Shown here one piece after another: positions 9,748-18,965 of a stretch of DNA of 64,000 bases. Source of the stretch: Oligoflexales bacterium (GTDB lineage: Bacteria; Bdellovibrionota_B; Oligoflexia; Oligoflexales; CAIYRB01); the NCBI GenBank assembly GCA_041736175.1, contig JBGSUI010000148.1:32001-96000 (forward strand). Direction: 5' to 3'. The notes under the pieces were generated by a model. That model saw nothing but the letters and a program-made list of their open reading frames with translations. It searched no databases and had not been told where the DNA came from. Every line of letters starts with the position of its first letter. Position 1 is the first letter of the stretch. Made by a program: the position numbers and the translations under genes.

Positions 9748-10938
9748 ATGACAATCACACCTAGGCCGGAGTTCCAAGGGTCCCTTCAAAATATCGTGGT
9801 CAAGATTGGTTCAGCAGCTCTCGCTGATCAGGCGACGGGACAGTTTGACCCCGGTCGTGTCCAGGTGATGGCCCAGGACTTGGCCGATCTGGTGAGCCAG
9901 GGATACCGTCCGGTCTTGGTGAGTTCTGGTGCGATCCTTGCGGGACGTAAAAACCCCCGCCTGCAAACCCTGCTGGCAGCTTCGCCTCACCGGGATGTGG
10001 CGACCCTCCAGGCGGCCAGTGCCCTCGGGCAGCCTCTTTTGATGAATGCCTATCTTGATGCTTTTGCTAAGGCAGGGGTTGCTGCAGCTCAGGTGCTCTT
10101 GACCCATGATGATCTTATGAATCACCAGAGGTCCCTCAATCTTAAAAATATGCTCCACGTGTTGATCGAGCTTGGCGTGGTCCCCGTGATCAACGAAAAC
10201 GATTCGGTCAGTTTCGAAGAGATCACCGTAGGCGACAACGACCAGCTCGCGGCGATGGTGGCTGTGCTCCTCGAAGTCGAGGCTCTGGTCATGATCACAA
10301 CACCGGATGGCCTTTACTCCCAAGATCCGTTGGCTGGGGTTGGCCAAGCGCCCCAAGGGATTTCCCACGTGGCTTACGGAGATCCCCTGGTCCAAGTTTC
10401 CCTTGCCGGAAAATCTGCGGCGGGGCGTGGCGGCATGAGCACTAAACTAGAAGCTGTGCGTAAGGTGACTCCCTTTGGCATCCCTGTGGTCTTAGCTACG
10501 TCGCGAGCCCTAAAACCCATTGTGCGGGCACTAACCACTCCCTGCGGAACTTTTTTTAGTCCATACGCTCTTGATCCTCTTAACCGGGGCGAATCCGCAA
10601 ACCAGCGTAAGAAAAAGTTGACCACTATGGCCAAGCTCAACGCCGAGGTGGTCGTCGATCAGGGGGCAGCCCTGGCTCTCAAGGGACATAAGTCGCTCCT
10701 TCCCAGCGGGATCGTCAAGGTCGTAGGCCAATTCCGGAGAGGTGATAGCGTTAAAATTGTTTATCAAAAATCCATCTTAGCCGTGGGCCTCGCCGAATAC
10801 TCAGCCCAGGATCTCCGAGCGATCAAAGGTAAACAAAGCGATGAAATTGAGGGGATTTTGGGTTTTTGCACCGCAAAAGTTGCATTCCATCGTAACAACC
10901 TTTATTGGTTACAAGAACCGGGAGGCCAAGGTATCTAG
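9748..10938 (+). CDS. proB: Glutamate 5-kinase with PUA domain
   Basis: VVKIGS, VSSGA, PVINENDSV, GDNDQL, GRGGMSTK; PUA C-terminus. Confidence 0.95.
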   Translation: MTITPRPEFQGSLQNIVVKIGSAALADQATGQFDPGRVQVMAQDLADLVSQGYRPVLVSSGAILAGRKNPRLQTLLAASPHRDVATLQAASALGQPLLMNAYLDAFAKAGVAAAQVLLTHDDLMNHQRSLNLKNMLHVLIELGVVPVINENDSVSFEEITVGDNDQLAAMVAVLLEVEALVMITTPDGLYSQDPLAGVGQAPQGISHVAYGDPLVQVSLAGKSAAGRGGMSTKLEAVRKVTPFGIPVVLATSRALKPIVRALTTPCGTFFSPYALDPLNRGESANQRKKKLTTMAKLNAEVVVDQGAALALKGHKSLLPSGIVKVVGQFRRGDSVKIVYQKSILAVGLAEYSAQDLRAIKGKQSDEIEGILGFCTAKVAFHRNNLYWLQEPGGQGI

Positions 10939-10975
10939 TCCATGGAATGTAGAATTGGCATTTAAGGGAGTCATC

Positions 10976-12289
10976 ATGCAGGAAAATCCTATCAATCTCG
11001 ATGTTCATCCCCTGATAGACCAACTGAGTGGCTTGCGGGCCGGACAAAAGCGCCTCAGTCACTTGGAAGAAGCCGGGCGGAGGAGCCTCCTCCAAAAAAT
11101 CGCTTACAGTCTCCTGGCTGGTCAGGACGGGATTCTTGCCGCCAACGCCAAAGACCTCGAGTCTGCAAAGGCCGCAGGACTCTCGGCTGCTTTGATGGAT
11201 CGCCTGGTCTTAAGCAAAGACCGCCTGAAGTCTTTGAGCCAAGCGGTCTTGGCAATCTCCGAGATGGCACCTGTTCTCAACCAAACCCTGCACCAGGCAA
11301 CACGACCAGACGGACTTACCATCCGTCGAGTGACGGTGCCTTTGGGGGTGATTTTTTTTATTTTCGAAAGCCGACCCAACGTCCTGGTGGATGCCGTCGC
11401 CCTCGCCCTGAAATCGGGCAATGGAATGCTACTTAAAGGTGGCCGAGAAGCCGAGGGAACAAATCAGGCCTTGATGGCGTGTTTGCGGCGGGATCTTATT
11501 GATTATGGAGTCGAGGGGGCTTTTGCAGTCTTACAGGCGGCCGATAGAAATCTTGTGGGTCAAGTTCTGGGATGCTCCCAGTGGATCGATCTCGTGATTC
11601 CTCGAGGCGGCGCGGAACTCGTCAACTATGTGCGCTCCCACACTCAGATTCCAGTGATCGCCCATGACAAGGGTTTATGTCATCTCTATGTTCACTCGGA
11701 TGCGCCTAAGGATCAAGTCATTCCACTGGTCCTCAATAGCAAGGTGGCGAGGCCCGGAGTGTGCAACGCACTGGAGACTTTGCTCATCCACAAGGACTGG
11801 CCCCACCGTGGTCAGCTCCTTAAAGAACTCCTCCAACACCAGGTGGAACTTCGACTTGATCAAAAACTGTTTACTGAGGTCAGAGAAGGGTCCCTGAAAG
11901 ACTATCTTAAGGATTTTTCACTCAACACCGGGAAAATCTTCGTGGCAACCCCTGAGGATTGGAACACGGAATACCTAGCCCTGGTCCTCAACGTTGGTGA
12001 GGTGACTGGTGTTGACGAAGCCATCAGCCATATTGCGACCTATGGAAGTCACCACACGGAAGTCATCTGTGCCGTGGATCCGGTGGTGATCGAGCAGTTT
12101 ACTATTGGTGTGGATGCCTCTTGTGTTGGAGTCAATGCTTCCACCCGGTTTAATGATGGGGGTGAGTTAGGGCTGGGAGCGGAGATTGGGATTTCGACCT
12201 CTAAACTCCATGCCTATGGCCCAATGGGTGCAGCCCAGTTGGTGACGAGCCGATTTGAGGTGTATGGGGCGGGTCATATCAGGAAATGA
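10976..12289 (+). CDS. proA: Gamma-glutamyl phosphate reductase
   Basis: FESRPNV, IPRGG, CNALETLL, NASTRFNDGGELGLGAEIGIST; follows proB. Confidence 0.96.
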   Translation: MQENPINLDVHPLIDQLSGLRAGQKRLSHLEEAGRRSLLQKIAYSLLAGQDGILAANAKDLESAKAAGLSAALMDRLVLSKDRLKSLSQAVLAISEMAPVLNQTLHQATRPDGLTIRRVTVPLGVIFFIFESRPNVLVDAVALALKSGNGMLLKGGREAEGTNQALMACLRRDLIDYGVEGAFAVLQAADRNLVGQVLGCSQWIDLVIPRGGAELVNYVRSHTQIPVIAHDKGLCHLYVHSDAPKDQVIPLVLNSKVARPGVCNALETLLIHKDWPHRGQLLKELLQHQVELRLDQKLFTEVREGSLKDYLKDFSLNTGKIFVATPEDWNTEYLALVLNVGEVTGVDEAISHIATYGSHHTEVICAVDPVVIEQFTIGVDASCVGVNASTRFNDGGELGLGAEIGISTSKLHAYGPMGAAQLVTSRFEVYGAGHIRK

Positions 12290-12314
12290 TGTAACTAAAA
12301 TATATCCAGAAAAA

Positions 12315-13436
12315 ATGGAAAAAAGTTATAAATCAATGGAAAAAAAATCAATTGAAGTCATGAGGACACCTCGAACCCTGACCCTGGAAAACAAGCACCA
12401 GTCTAGAGTCGTGATGACCAATTTAGGGGCGACTTTGGTGAGCTGGATCTCTCGGGACAGGGAGGGAGGATTCTTTGATATCCTCTTAGGGTACGATGAT
12501 CTTAAGTCCTATGCTCAATGCCCAGCCTACCTAGGCGCCACTTTAGGGAGGGTGGCTGGCCGTATCGGCAAGGCGGAGTTTGAGCTTGATGGGAGGCATT
12601 ATTCTGTGGCGGCCAACGACGGAGCCAATCATCTCCACGGTGGACTAGAGGGGTTTAACCGACGGATATGGAGGGTGCTTGATCATACGGTGCAGTCCCA
12701 AGGTGGGGATCATCCAGCGAGGTTGCACTTAGGTCTCCAGAGTCCTCATATGGATGGCGGTTACCCGGGCCATCTACTGGTAAACCTTATGGTGACCTAT
12801 AACGACTCGTTTGAGCTTAAGTTTGAATTTAACGCCGTCACGGATCGACCGACGTTGGTCAATCTTTCCATGCATCCCTACTTTAATCTTGCGGGCACCG
12901 TGCCGTCCCTAGATCCTGCGGGACCAGGGGCCCGTGGAGATCGGCGCCTTCCGGAAATTACCGATCACCGGATCCAAATTAAGTCCCAAGAGATCACGGC
13001 GATCGACGAGTCGCTGATTCCCACCGGACAGCGGCTTTCGGTGGTCGGCACCCCCCTCGATCTGCGAACGCCTACACCCATCGGTGCGGTGGTCGACCAA
13101 CCCTTTGATCAGATTCTTAAAGCACGGGGCTTAGACCATAACTTTATCCTCCCCGCCACATCACAGGTGGGGACTGCCCTCGCTCGGGTGGATCTCCCAA
13201 GTCACGGCCGTGCCTTAGAGCTTTGGACGGACCAACCAGGAGTCCAGTGTTACACCGGCAATTGGCTCGACGGGTCGATCCGTGGTAAAGGCGGTTATGT
13301 TTATGGACGTCGGTCAGGATTTTGTCTTGAACCCCAGAAATTTCCTGATGCTCCCCACCATCCTGGCTTTCCTTCGATTATGCTGCGCCCAGGGGAGGAA
13401 TACCGCCATACCTCGATTTATCGGTTGGTACTGTAA
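12315..13436 (+). CDS. galM: Aldose 1-epimerase (mutarotase)
   Basis: GATLGRVAGRI, NHLHGG, HPYFNL, DHNF, FCLEPQ. Confidence 0.93.
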   Translation: MEKSYKSMEKKSIEVMRTPRTLTLENKHQSRVVMTNLGATLVSWISRDREGGFFDILLGYDDLKSYAQCPAYLGATLGRVAGRIGKAEFELDGRHYSVAANDGANHLHGGLEGFNRRIWRVLDHTVQSQGGDHPARLHLGLQSPHMDGGYPGHLLVNLMVTYNDSFELKFEFNAVTDRPTLVNLSMHPYFNLAGTVPSLDPAGPGARGDRRLPEITDHRIQIKSQEITAIDESLIPTGQRLSVVGTPLDLRTPTPIGAVVDQPFDQILKARGLDHNFILPATSQVGTALARVDLPSHGRALELWTDQPGVQCYTGNWLDGSIRGKGGYVYGRRSGFCLEPQKFPDAPHHPGFPSIMLRPGEEYRHTSIYRLVL

Positions 13437-13575
13437 GGGGGACTCCCCGGGAGCTGCTGAAGTTCTTGACTAAATTAGGAAAACAAGGCAATACTCGGTC
13501 GCGTAGCCAATCCCCAGCGCCCTCTCGACACCAGCGACGAGACGCCGCCACCATCTAAAGAGCGACGAGATTCCT

Positions 13576-15201
13576 ATGGCTAAATTTTTTAACACTGCAG
13601 GTCCGATCCGCGAAGAAATGCATTATTTTATTCCAGTCTCCCAAAGGATCGACCTGCCGGAGATTCAGACTCTCATCGAACAAGAAAAATACTTTGTCCT
13701 CCACGCGCCAAGGCAAAGCGGTAAGACTACCACTTTGCTGGAACTCTGCAAAATCCTCAACAACAGTGGCCGCTATAAATGCCTGTACGTCAATGTGGAA
13801 AGCGCTCAAACCTCCCGGGAGAAGGTCGCCGAAGCGATGACGGTCATCGTCAATGAGCTGGTCGATTTAGAGGCGATCCATTTTCCCGACGACATCATTA
13901 TGGGTGGCCATGGGAAGGCTATCCTCGCGGACAGCGCCACATCGGCGCTTATTAGGATCCTTAGGGCCTGGGCCCGGGAAAGTGCCTTGCCCACAGTGCT
14001 CATCATTGATGAGATTGACTCTTTGATAGGCGACACGCTGGTGTCGGTATTGCGCCAGTTGCGAGGGGGTTATAACGAGCGTCCCAAAAACTTTCCCCAA
14101 AGCGTCATTTTGTGCGGGGTCCGTGACGTCCGAGATTATAGGATCCATGCTTCGTCCGAAATAGAACCTGTAACGGGCGGTAGCGCTTTTAATGTCAATT
14201 CGGAATCGCTCCGTATAGGGGCCTTTGATCGAAACGAAATCAGGGAGCTTTACCAGCAGCACACCGTAGCCACAGGTCAGTCATTTGCCAAAGAAGCCAT
14301 GGAGCTGGCTTTTGACCTGACCAATGGCCAACCCTGGTTGGTCAATGCATTAGCCTATGAGGCTTGTTTTAAAAATCCAAGAGGCAAAGACCGGAGCCAG
14401 ACCATCACGGTCGAGATGATCCTTGCGGCAAAAGAGTCTTTGATTATCCGCCGGGTCACCCACCTAGATCAGCTGGCGGACAAGCTCAAGGAACCACGGG
14501 TTCGAAGGGTTATTGAACCGATGTTATTGGGCGAACTTCCACCTGAAGTCCTCCAAGAGGATGTGGAATATGTCACCGATTTGGGACTTGTGACGAAGAC
14601 TCGCGCTGGTCTTATGATTTCCAATCCGATCTACCACGAAGTCATTCCCCGCCAGTTGACCTATATCAATCAAACATTACTCGATTCGGTCGTCACCCGC
14701 CAGTGGTACATCAATGCCGATGGGTCGATCGCCGTCGAAAAACTGCTCCAAGACTTTCAGCAGTTTTTTAGGGAAAATAGTGAATCTTGGATCCAGCGTT
14801 TTGACCAGTATCACGAAGCTGGTCCTCAGCTTCTACTCCAAGCCTATTTGCAAAGGGTGATCAACGGTGGAGGCCGGATCGACCGGGAATACGGCCTCGG
14901 TCGAGGCCGCACGGACATCCTCCTCACCTGGCCTTACGGTCCCGAGTTGACAGATGCCAAAGGAACGGTCACGAATACGCAGATCCAAAAGGCGGTTTTT
15001 GAGCTTAAGATCCTCTATGGGTCCAAAGAAAAGACCCTGACCAAGGGCCTGGAGCAAACCAAAATGTATTTGGACCAGGTGGGGCTCAAATCGGGACACC
15101 TTTTGATCTTTAATCGTGATCCTAAAACATCTTGGGACGACAAGGTCTACCGGGAGGAGCACAGCTTTCAAGGGTGTGCCATCACGGTCTGGGGGATGTG
15201 A
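13576..15201 (+). CDS. AAA+ ATPase with C-terminal PD-(D/E)xK-like nuclease domain
   Basis: Walker A APRQSGKTT, Walker B LIIDEID, C-terminal REY..GRGRTD..VFELK. Confidence 0.8.
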   Translation: MAKFFNTAGPIREEMHYFIPVSQRIDLPEIQTLIEQEKYFVLHAPRQSGKTTTLLELCKILNNSGRYKCLYVNVESAQTSREKVAEAMTVIVNELVDLEAIHFPDDIIMGGHGKAILADSATSALIRILRAWARESALPTVLIIDEIDSLIGDTLVSVLRQLRGGYNERPKNFPQSVILCGVRDVRDYRIHASSEIEPVTGGSAFNVNSESLRIGAFDRNEIRELYQQHTVATGQSFAKEAMELAFDLTNGQPWLVNALAYEACFKNPRGKDRSQTITVEMILAAKESLIIRRVTHLDQLADKLKEPRVRRVIEPMLLGELPPEVLQEDVEYVTDLGLVTKTRAGLMISNPIYHEVIPRQLTYINQTLLDSVVTRQWYINADGSIAVEKLLQDFQQFFRENSESWIQRFDQYHEAGPQLLLQAYLQRVINGGGRIDREYGLGRGRTDILLTWPYGPELTDAKGTVTNTQIQKAVFELKILYGSKEKTLTKGLEQTKMYLDQVGLKSGHLLIFNRDPKTSWDDKVYREEHSFQGCAITVWGM

Positions 15202-15384
15202 GCGGAAGTGAGCAAATATCCAGGCTCCGAAGTCGTCTAGCCTTCCCCCTCTAATCGTCTGTAAACACTCCATCGTGTTTATTCTCGGTACCCATGGGAC
15301 CGCTTTCCTAAAGGCTTGGTCCGAAACGATGACCGGATATTTGAGGATGGAGACCAACCCTCATTTCAGATTTTAATGCTACAT

Positions 15385-15395
15385 TGCATTTTGCA
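15385..15395. promoter_or_regulatory. Candidate enhancer (UAS) TGCA-N3-TGCA
   Basis: TGCATTTTGCA about 80 bp upstream of a sigma-54 -24 element. Confidence 0.45.
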
Positions 15396-15471
15396 TGGTC
15401 CAATGTGTGGCGCTCCCACCTTTAACCCCTAAAATGCCAACTATATTAAGGGGTAAAAATCGAGATCACCG

Positions 15472-15487
15472 CGGCATGAAAGATGCA
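15472..15487 (+). promoter_or_regulatory. Sigma-54 promoter of the regulator-kinase-kdp operon
   Basis: CGGCATGAAAGATGCA = GG-N10-GC, 36 bp before the ATG of a sigma-54 activator. Confidence 0.6.
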
Positions 15488-15522
15488 GTATTTTCAAGGT
15501 CCCTGATTGACTGGAGAAATAT

Positions 15523-16875
15523 ATGGTAGAAAAGGTCGGCACCAACCCAAAACTCTCGATTCTTATCATCGATGACGAACTCAGCATCCGCAAGACGTTG
15601 GGGATCTGCCTGGAGAGCGAAGGGCATAAAGTCCACGCTGTTTCTAACCCTAAAGATGCTTTCAATGAGACCGCTAGAGTTCATTTTGACCTGGTTTTCT
15701 TGGATATCAGACTCGGCAACGAAAATGGCATTGATCTGCTCCCCAAACTTTTAGAAGGCTGTCCTTGGGCTAAAATTATTATGATCACCGCACATGCCAC
15801 GATTGACTCCGTGGTTGAGGCGATGCGCAGGGGGGCCTTTGACTACATTGCCAAACCCTTCACGGTACCCCAAGTCCTCTCTGCTGTGCGCAAAGTGACT
15901 GAAATCAAGAACCTCGAACATCAGATTCAAAGCCTTAAACACCAAATTGCATCGGGCACCGAAGAACCTCTGTACACAAGCCACAGCCCTATCATGAAGC
16001 GAGTCATGGAACTTGCTAAAGCTGTAGCCCCCAGCGAGGCCACCGTGTTGATCACCGGTGAGAGCGGTACTGGCAAGGGAGTCGTCGCAAAGGCCATTCA
16101 TCAGTGGAGCCCGCGATCAGCGAGTCATTTTGCCACGGTGTCCTGTCCGGCTCTTTCGCCCCATATCTTAGAGAGCGAACTTTTTGGTCACGCCAAGGGG
16201 GCTTTTACCGGTGCTACAAGGCAAAATCAAGGACGCATCGCCGGGTGTGAGGGCGGCACTCTTTTTCTCGATGAAATCGGCGACCTCCCGCTGCTATTGC
16301 AACCAAAACTCCTGCGTTTTATCCAAGATAGGGAGTATGAAAGCGTTGGTGATCATACCACCCGGCATGCAAATGTTCGAGTGATAGCCGCAACCAACAT
16401 TGATCTTATGACGGCAGTCCATGGGGGACGATTTCGCGAGGATTTATTTTACCGATTGAACGTCATTCAAATAGAACTCCCACCCCTTAGGGAGCGGATG
16501 GAGGATATTCCCCTGCTTGCAATTAGTTTTCTCACGACTTTTGGTAAAAATAAAAACATCGTCGGATTTGAAGAAGATGCTTTGACCCGGCTGCAAAATC
16601 ACCCGTGGCCAGGAAATATCCGTGAGCTTCGCAATGCGATCGAACGGGCGGTGATTCTTTGCCACGGGGACAGGATCGCATCCAGAGACCTAACCTTTAT
16701 GGGCGAGACCAAAATCCCCATCAATCCAATGGGTGACACAGTCTCTCTTGAACAGGTTGAAGAAGCTCATATCAGGCGAATCCTAGGGGTCGCACGCTCT
16801 ATGGAAGAAGCGGCACAAATTCTTGGTATCGACACGGTCACACTCTGGCGAAGGCGTAAAAAATACGGTCTTTAA
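15523..16875 (+). CDS. Sigma-54-dependent response regulator (NtrC/AlgB-like)
   Basis: REC domain (FLDIRL), GESGTGK, GAFTGA, LFLDEIG, WPGNIREL, C-terminal HTH. Confidence 0.95.
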   Translation: MVEKVGTNPKLSILIIDDELSIRKTLGICLESEGHKVHAVSNPKDAFNETARVHFDLVFLDIRLGNENGIDLLPKLLEGCPWAKIIMITAHATIDSVVEAMRRGAFDYIAKPFTVPQVLSAVRKVTEIKNLEHQIQSLKHQIASGTEEPLYTSHSPIMKRVMELAKAVAPSEATVLITGESGTGKGVVAKAIHQWSPRSASHFATVSCPALSPHILESELFGHAKGAFTGATRQNQGRIAGCEGGTLFLDEIGDLPLLLQPKLLRFIQDREYESVGDHTTRHANVRVIAATNIDLMTAVHGGRFREDLFYRLNVIQIELPPLRERMEDIPLLAISFLTTFGKNKNIVGFEEDALTRLQNHPWPGNIRELRNAIERAVILCHGDRIASRDLTFMGETKIPINPMGDTVSLEQVEEAHIRRILGVARSMEEAAQILGIDTVTLWRRRKKYGL

Positions 16876-16903
16876 TGGAGTTTTATCCACGCTTTTTGAG
16901 GTT

Positions 16904-18736
16904 ATGATGTTTGGTATTCGGCAAAAACTCACTTTAGCTTTCGGAGGTGTCCTTCTGATTTTGGCCATGGTTGGAACGGTCAGCGGGCTGTTTCTGACTG
17001 GTTTTAGCACGACCCTAGAAAAACTGTTTCGCGAAAACTATGACAGTATGGTTTACGGTCAAAATCTTAAAGGTACGATCAGCGACCTTCAAAACATCAT
17101 CGTAAGGACTAATCTCGAGGGAAGTGCGACTCAAGATTCTGGTGCTATTCTAGATTTGGTGGGACAATTCCAGTCTAGCCTTGATTTAGAGAAAAAAAAT
17201 ATTACCATACCTGGCGAAGGCGAGGTCGTTGAAAAGCTGGAGAAAGCTTGGAAAAGCTATTTGGGTTCGTTACTCGTGATCACTAAAGATGCGACTGTCT
17301 CTAAACTCGAGCTTCAAAAAGTCTATACCAAAACGAGTCTTGATTTTTCGGAAATCAAACGGCTTTCTGCACAGATTATCGAAATGAATTATGCCAATAT
17401 CATCTCGATCGATGGGCAGATTAAGCAAAAAACACTCTTTGCGCGCAGCGTCATGATTGTTTTGATTCTCTCGGCACTCGCTCTTTCCTCGATTCTCTTT
17501 ATGGTCCTCGCTCGGTCCGTGCTGCGACCTTTGCAGGTACTCACCCAGTCCGTCCGGGAAATCGAAAGAGGTCATCTTGATCTGACAGTCAACATCAAGT
17601 CAAAAGACGAGTTGGGTCAGCTTGCCGAAGCGTTTAATGCTATGGCAGCTCAACTAAGAGAGTTTCGTAAATCTGCCCGGGCAAAACTCTTTAGGATCCA
17701 AAAAACAACCCAATTAGCTCTCAATACCTTTCCCGATGCCATCGCCATTGTGAATACTGATGGCAAAATAGAACTCGCTAATGAATCTGCGCAACGACAT
17801 TTTCACTTAGCTGCTGGCGAAGATCTTGCAAAGGTTGAGCTTCTAGAGCTTTGGGAAATTTTTCAAAAGGTTAATGGAGATCTAAAGCCAGTGACACCTA
17901 AATCATATGCAAACTCTATTCAGATCTTTGTCGAAGGCAAAGAGCACTTTTTTCTGCCCCAAGGAGTCCCTATCTTATCTGATGACAAACACCTGACTGG
18001 TGTGACGCTGGTCCTTACTGATGTCACTGACCTTAGAAGGATTGATGAGATGAAAAGTGACCTCCTTTCGGTTGTTTCCCATGAACTCAAGACGCCTCTG
18101 ACGTCAATTCGGATGGCAACCCATCTCCTGCTTGACGAACGTATTGGATCCTTAAACCCAAAACAGGAGGAGCTGTTGGTGACGGCTCGAGATGATGCCG
18201 AACGACTCAACTCAATCGTCGAAAGACTCCTTGATATTGGTCGGATTGAATCTGGGCGGGCACTTATGGAGGTTAAACCGATTTTACCCGACCTGCTGGT
18301 TTCAGAAGCTTTAGAGCGGTTTTCGGCGACTTTCCGCGACCGAGGGGTTAGCTTAACCAGTGCTTTAGAAGGACCTCTTCCAGAGGTCCTAGCAGACACC
18401 AGTCGCATTAGCCATGTGTTTGCTAATCTGCTGGACAACGCCCTTAAATATACCAAAAATGGCGGTAAAGTCTCGGTATCGGCAAAGCAGCAGGACGACA
18501 AAGTGCTTTTTGCGGTTGCGGACACTGGGGTCGGGATTGCTCCCGAGGAGCAAAGGCGGATTTTTGAGAAATTCTACCGCATACCCGGTCAGTCGCCGGA
18601 GGTTAAAGGTGCCGGCCTCGGACTCGCGATCGCTCGAGAAATCATCGAAGCCCATGGGGGCACTTTAACGGTGACCAGCAAGCTTGGGGAAGGAAGCGCG
18701 TTTGCCTTTACCCTGAAAATATCAACGCCAGCATAA
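16904..18736 (+). CDS. Sensor histidine kinase (KinB-like: TM-4HB-TM-HAMP-PAS-HisKA-HATPase)
   Basis: ENYDS periplasmic motif, HAMP DELGQLAEAFNAM, SHELKTPL, NLLDNALKY, GAGLGL. Confidence 0.92.
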   Translation: MMFGIRQKLTLAFGGVLLILAMVGTVSGLFLTGFSTTLEKLFRENYDSMVYGQNLKGTISDLQNIIVRTNLEGSATQDSGAILDLVGQFQSSLDLEKKNITIPGEGEVVEKLEKAWKSYLGSLLVITKDATVSKLELQKVYTKTSLDFSEIKRLSAQIIEMNYANIISIDGQIKQKTLFARSVMIVLILSALALSSILFMVLARSVLRPLQVLTQSVREIERGHLDLTVNIKSKDELGQLAEAFNAMAAQLREFRKSARAKLFRIQKTTQLALNTFPDAIAIVNTDGKIELANESAQRHFHLAAGEDLAKVELLELWEIFQKVNGDLKPVTPKSYANSIQIFVEGKEHFFLPQGVPILSDDKHLTGVTLVLTDVTDLRRIDEMKSDLLSVVSHELKTPLTSIRMATHLLLDERIGSLNPKQEELLVTARDDAERLNSIVERLLDIGRIESGRALMEVKPILPDLLVSEALERFSATFRDRGVSLTSALEGPLPEVLADTSRISHVFANLLDNALKYTKNGGKVSVSAKQQDDKVLFAVADTGVGIAPEEQRRIFEKFYRIPGQSPEVKGAGLGLAIAREIIEAHGGTLTVTSKLGEGSAFAFTLKISTPA

Positions 18737-18774
18737 ACTCTAACTAACTAAATAAATAACCAACGAAAGGATCA

Positions 18775-18861
18775 ATGATGGAAGATTTTATTTTTTTGGG
18801 AATCACGGTCGGGTTTTTTGTTTTGAGTCTAGGGTATATGACTTTCTTTGAGAGGATTTAA
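18775..18861 (+). CDS. 28-aa hydrophobic peptide upstream of kdpF
   Basis: MMEDFIFLGITVGFFVLSLGYMTFFERI, AAGGA RBS; below the ORF-track cutoff. Confidence 0.75.
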   Translation: MMEDFIFLGITVGFFVLSLGYMTFFERI

Positions 18862-18867
18862 AAAACC

Positions 18868-18948
18868 ATGGATTTATTTGTCGGTGGCGTCGCCTTTTTA
18901 GTCTTGATCTATTTATTTTGGTCTCTGATACGTCCAGAGCATTTTTAG
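18868..18948 (+). CDS. kdpF: K+-transporting ATPase subunit F
   Basis: MDLFVGGVAFLVLIYLFWSLIRPEHF: YL..L.RPE.F signature immediately before kdpA. Confidence 0.9.
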   Translation: MDLFVGGVAFLVLIYLFWSLIRPEHF

Positions 18949-18965
18949 AAACAAAGGATTTCAAC

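Noticed and set aside
15200..15470. Possible c-di-AMP (ydaO) riboswitch upstream of the kdp cluster
   Set aside because: No recognisable ydaO conserved blocks
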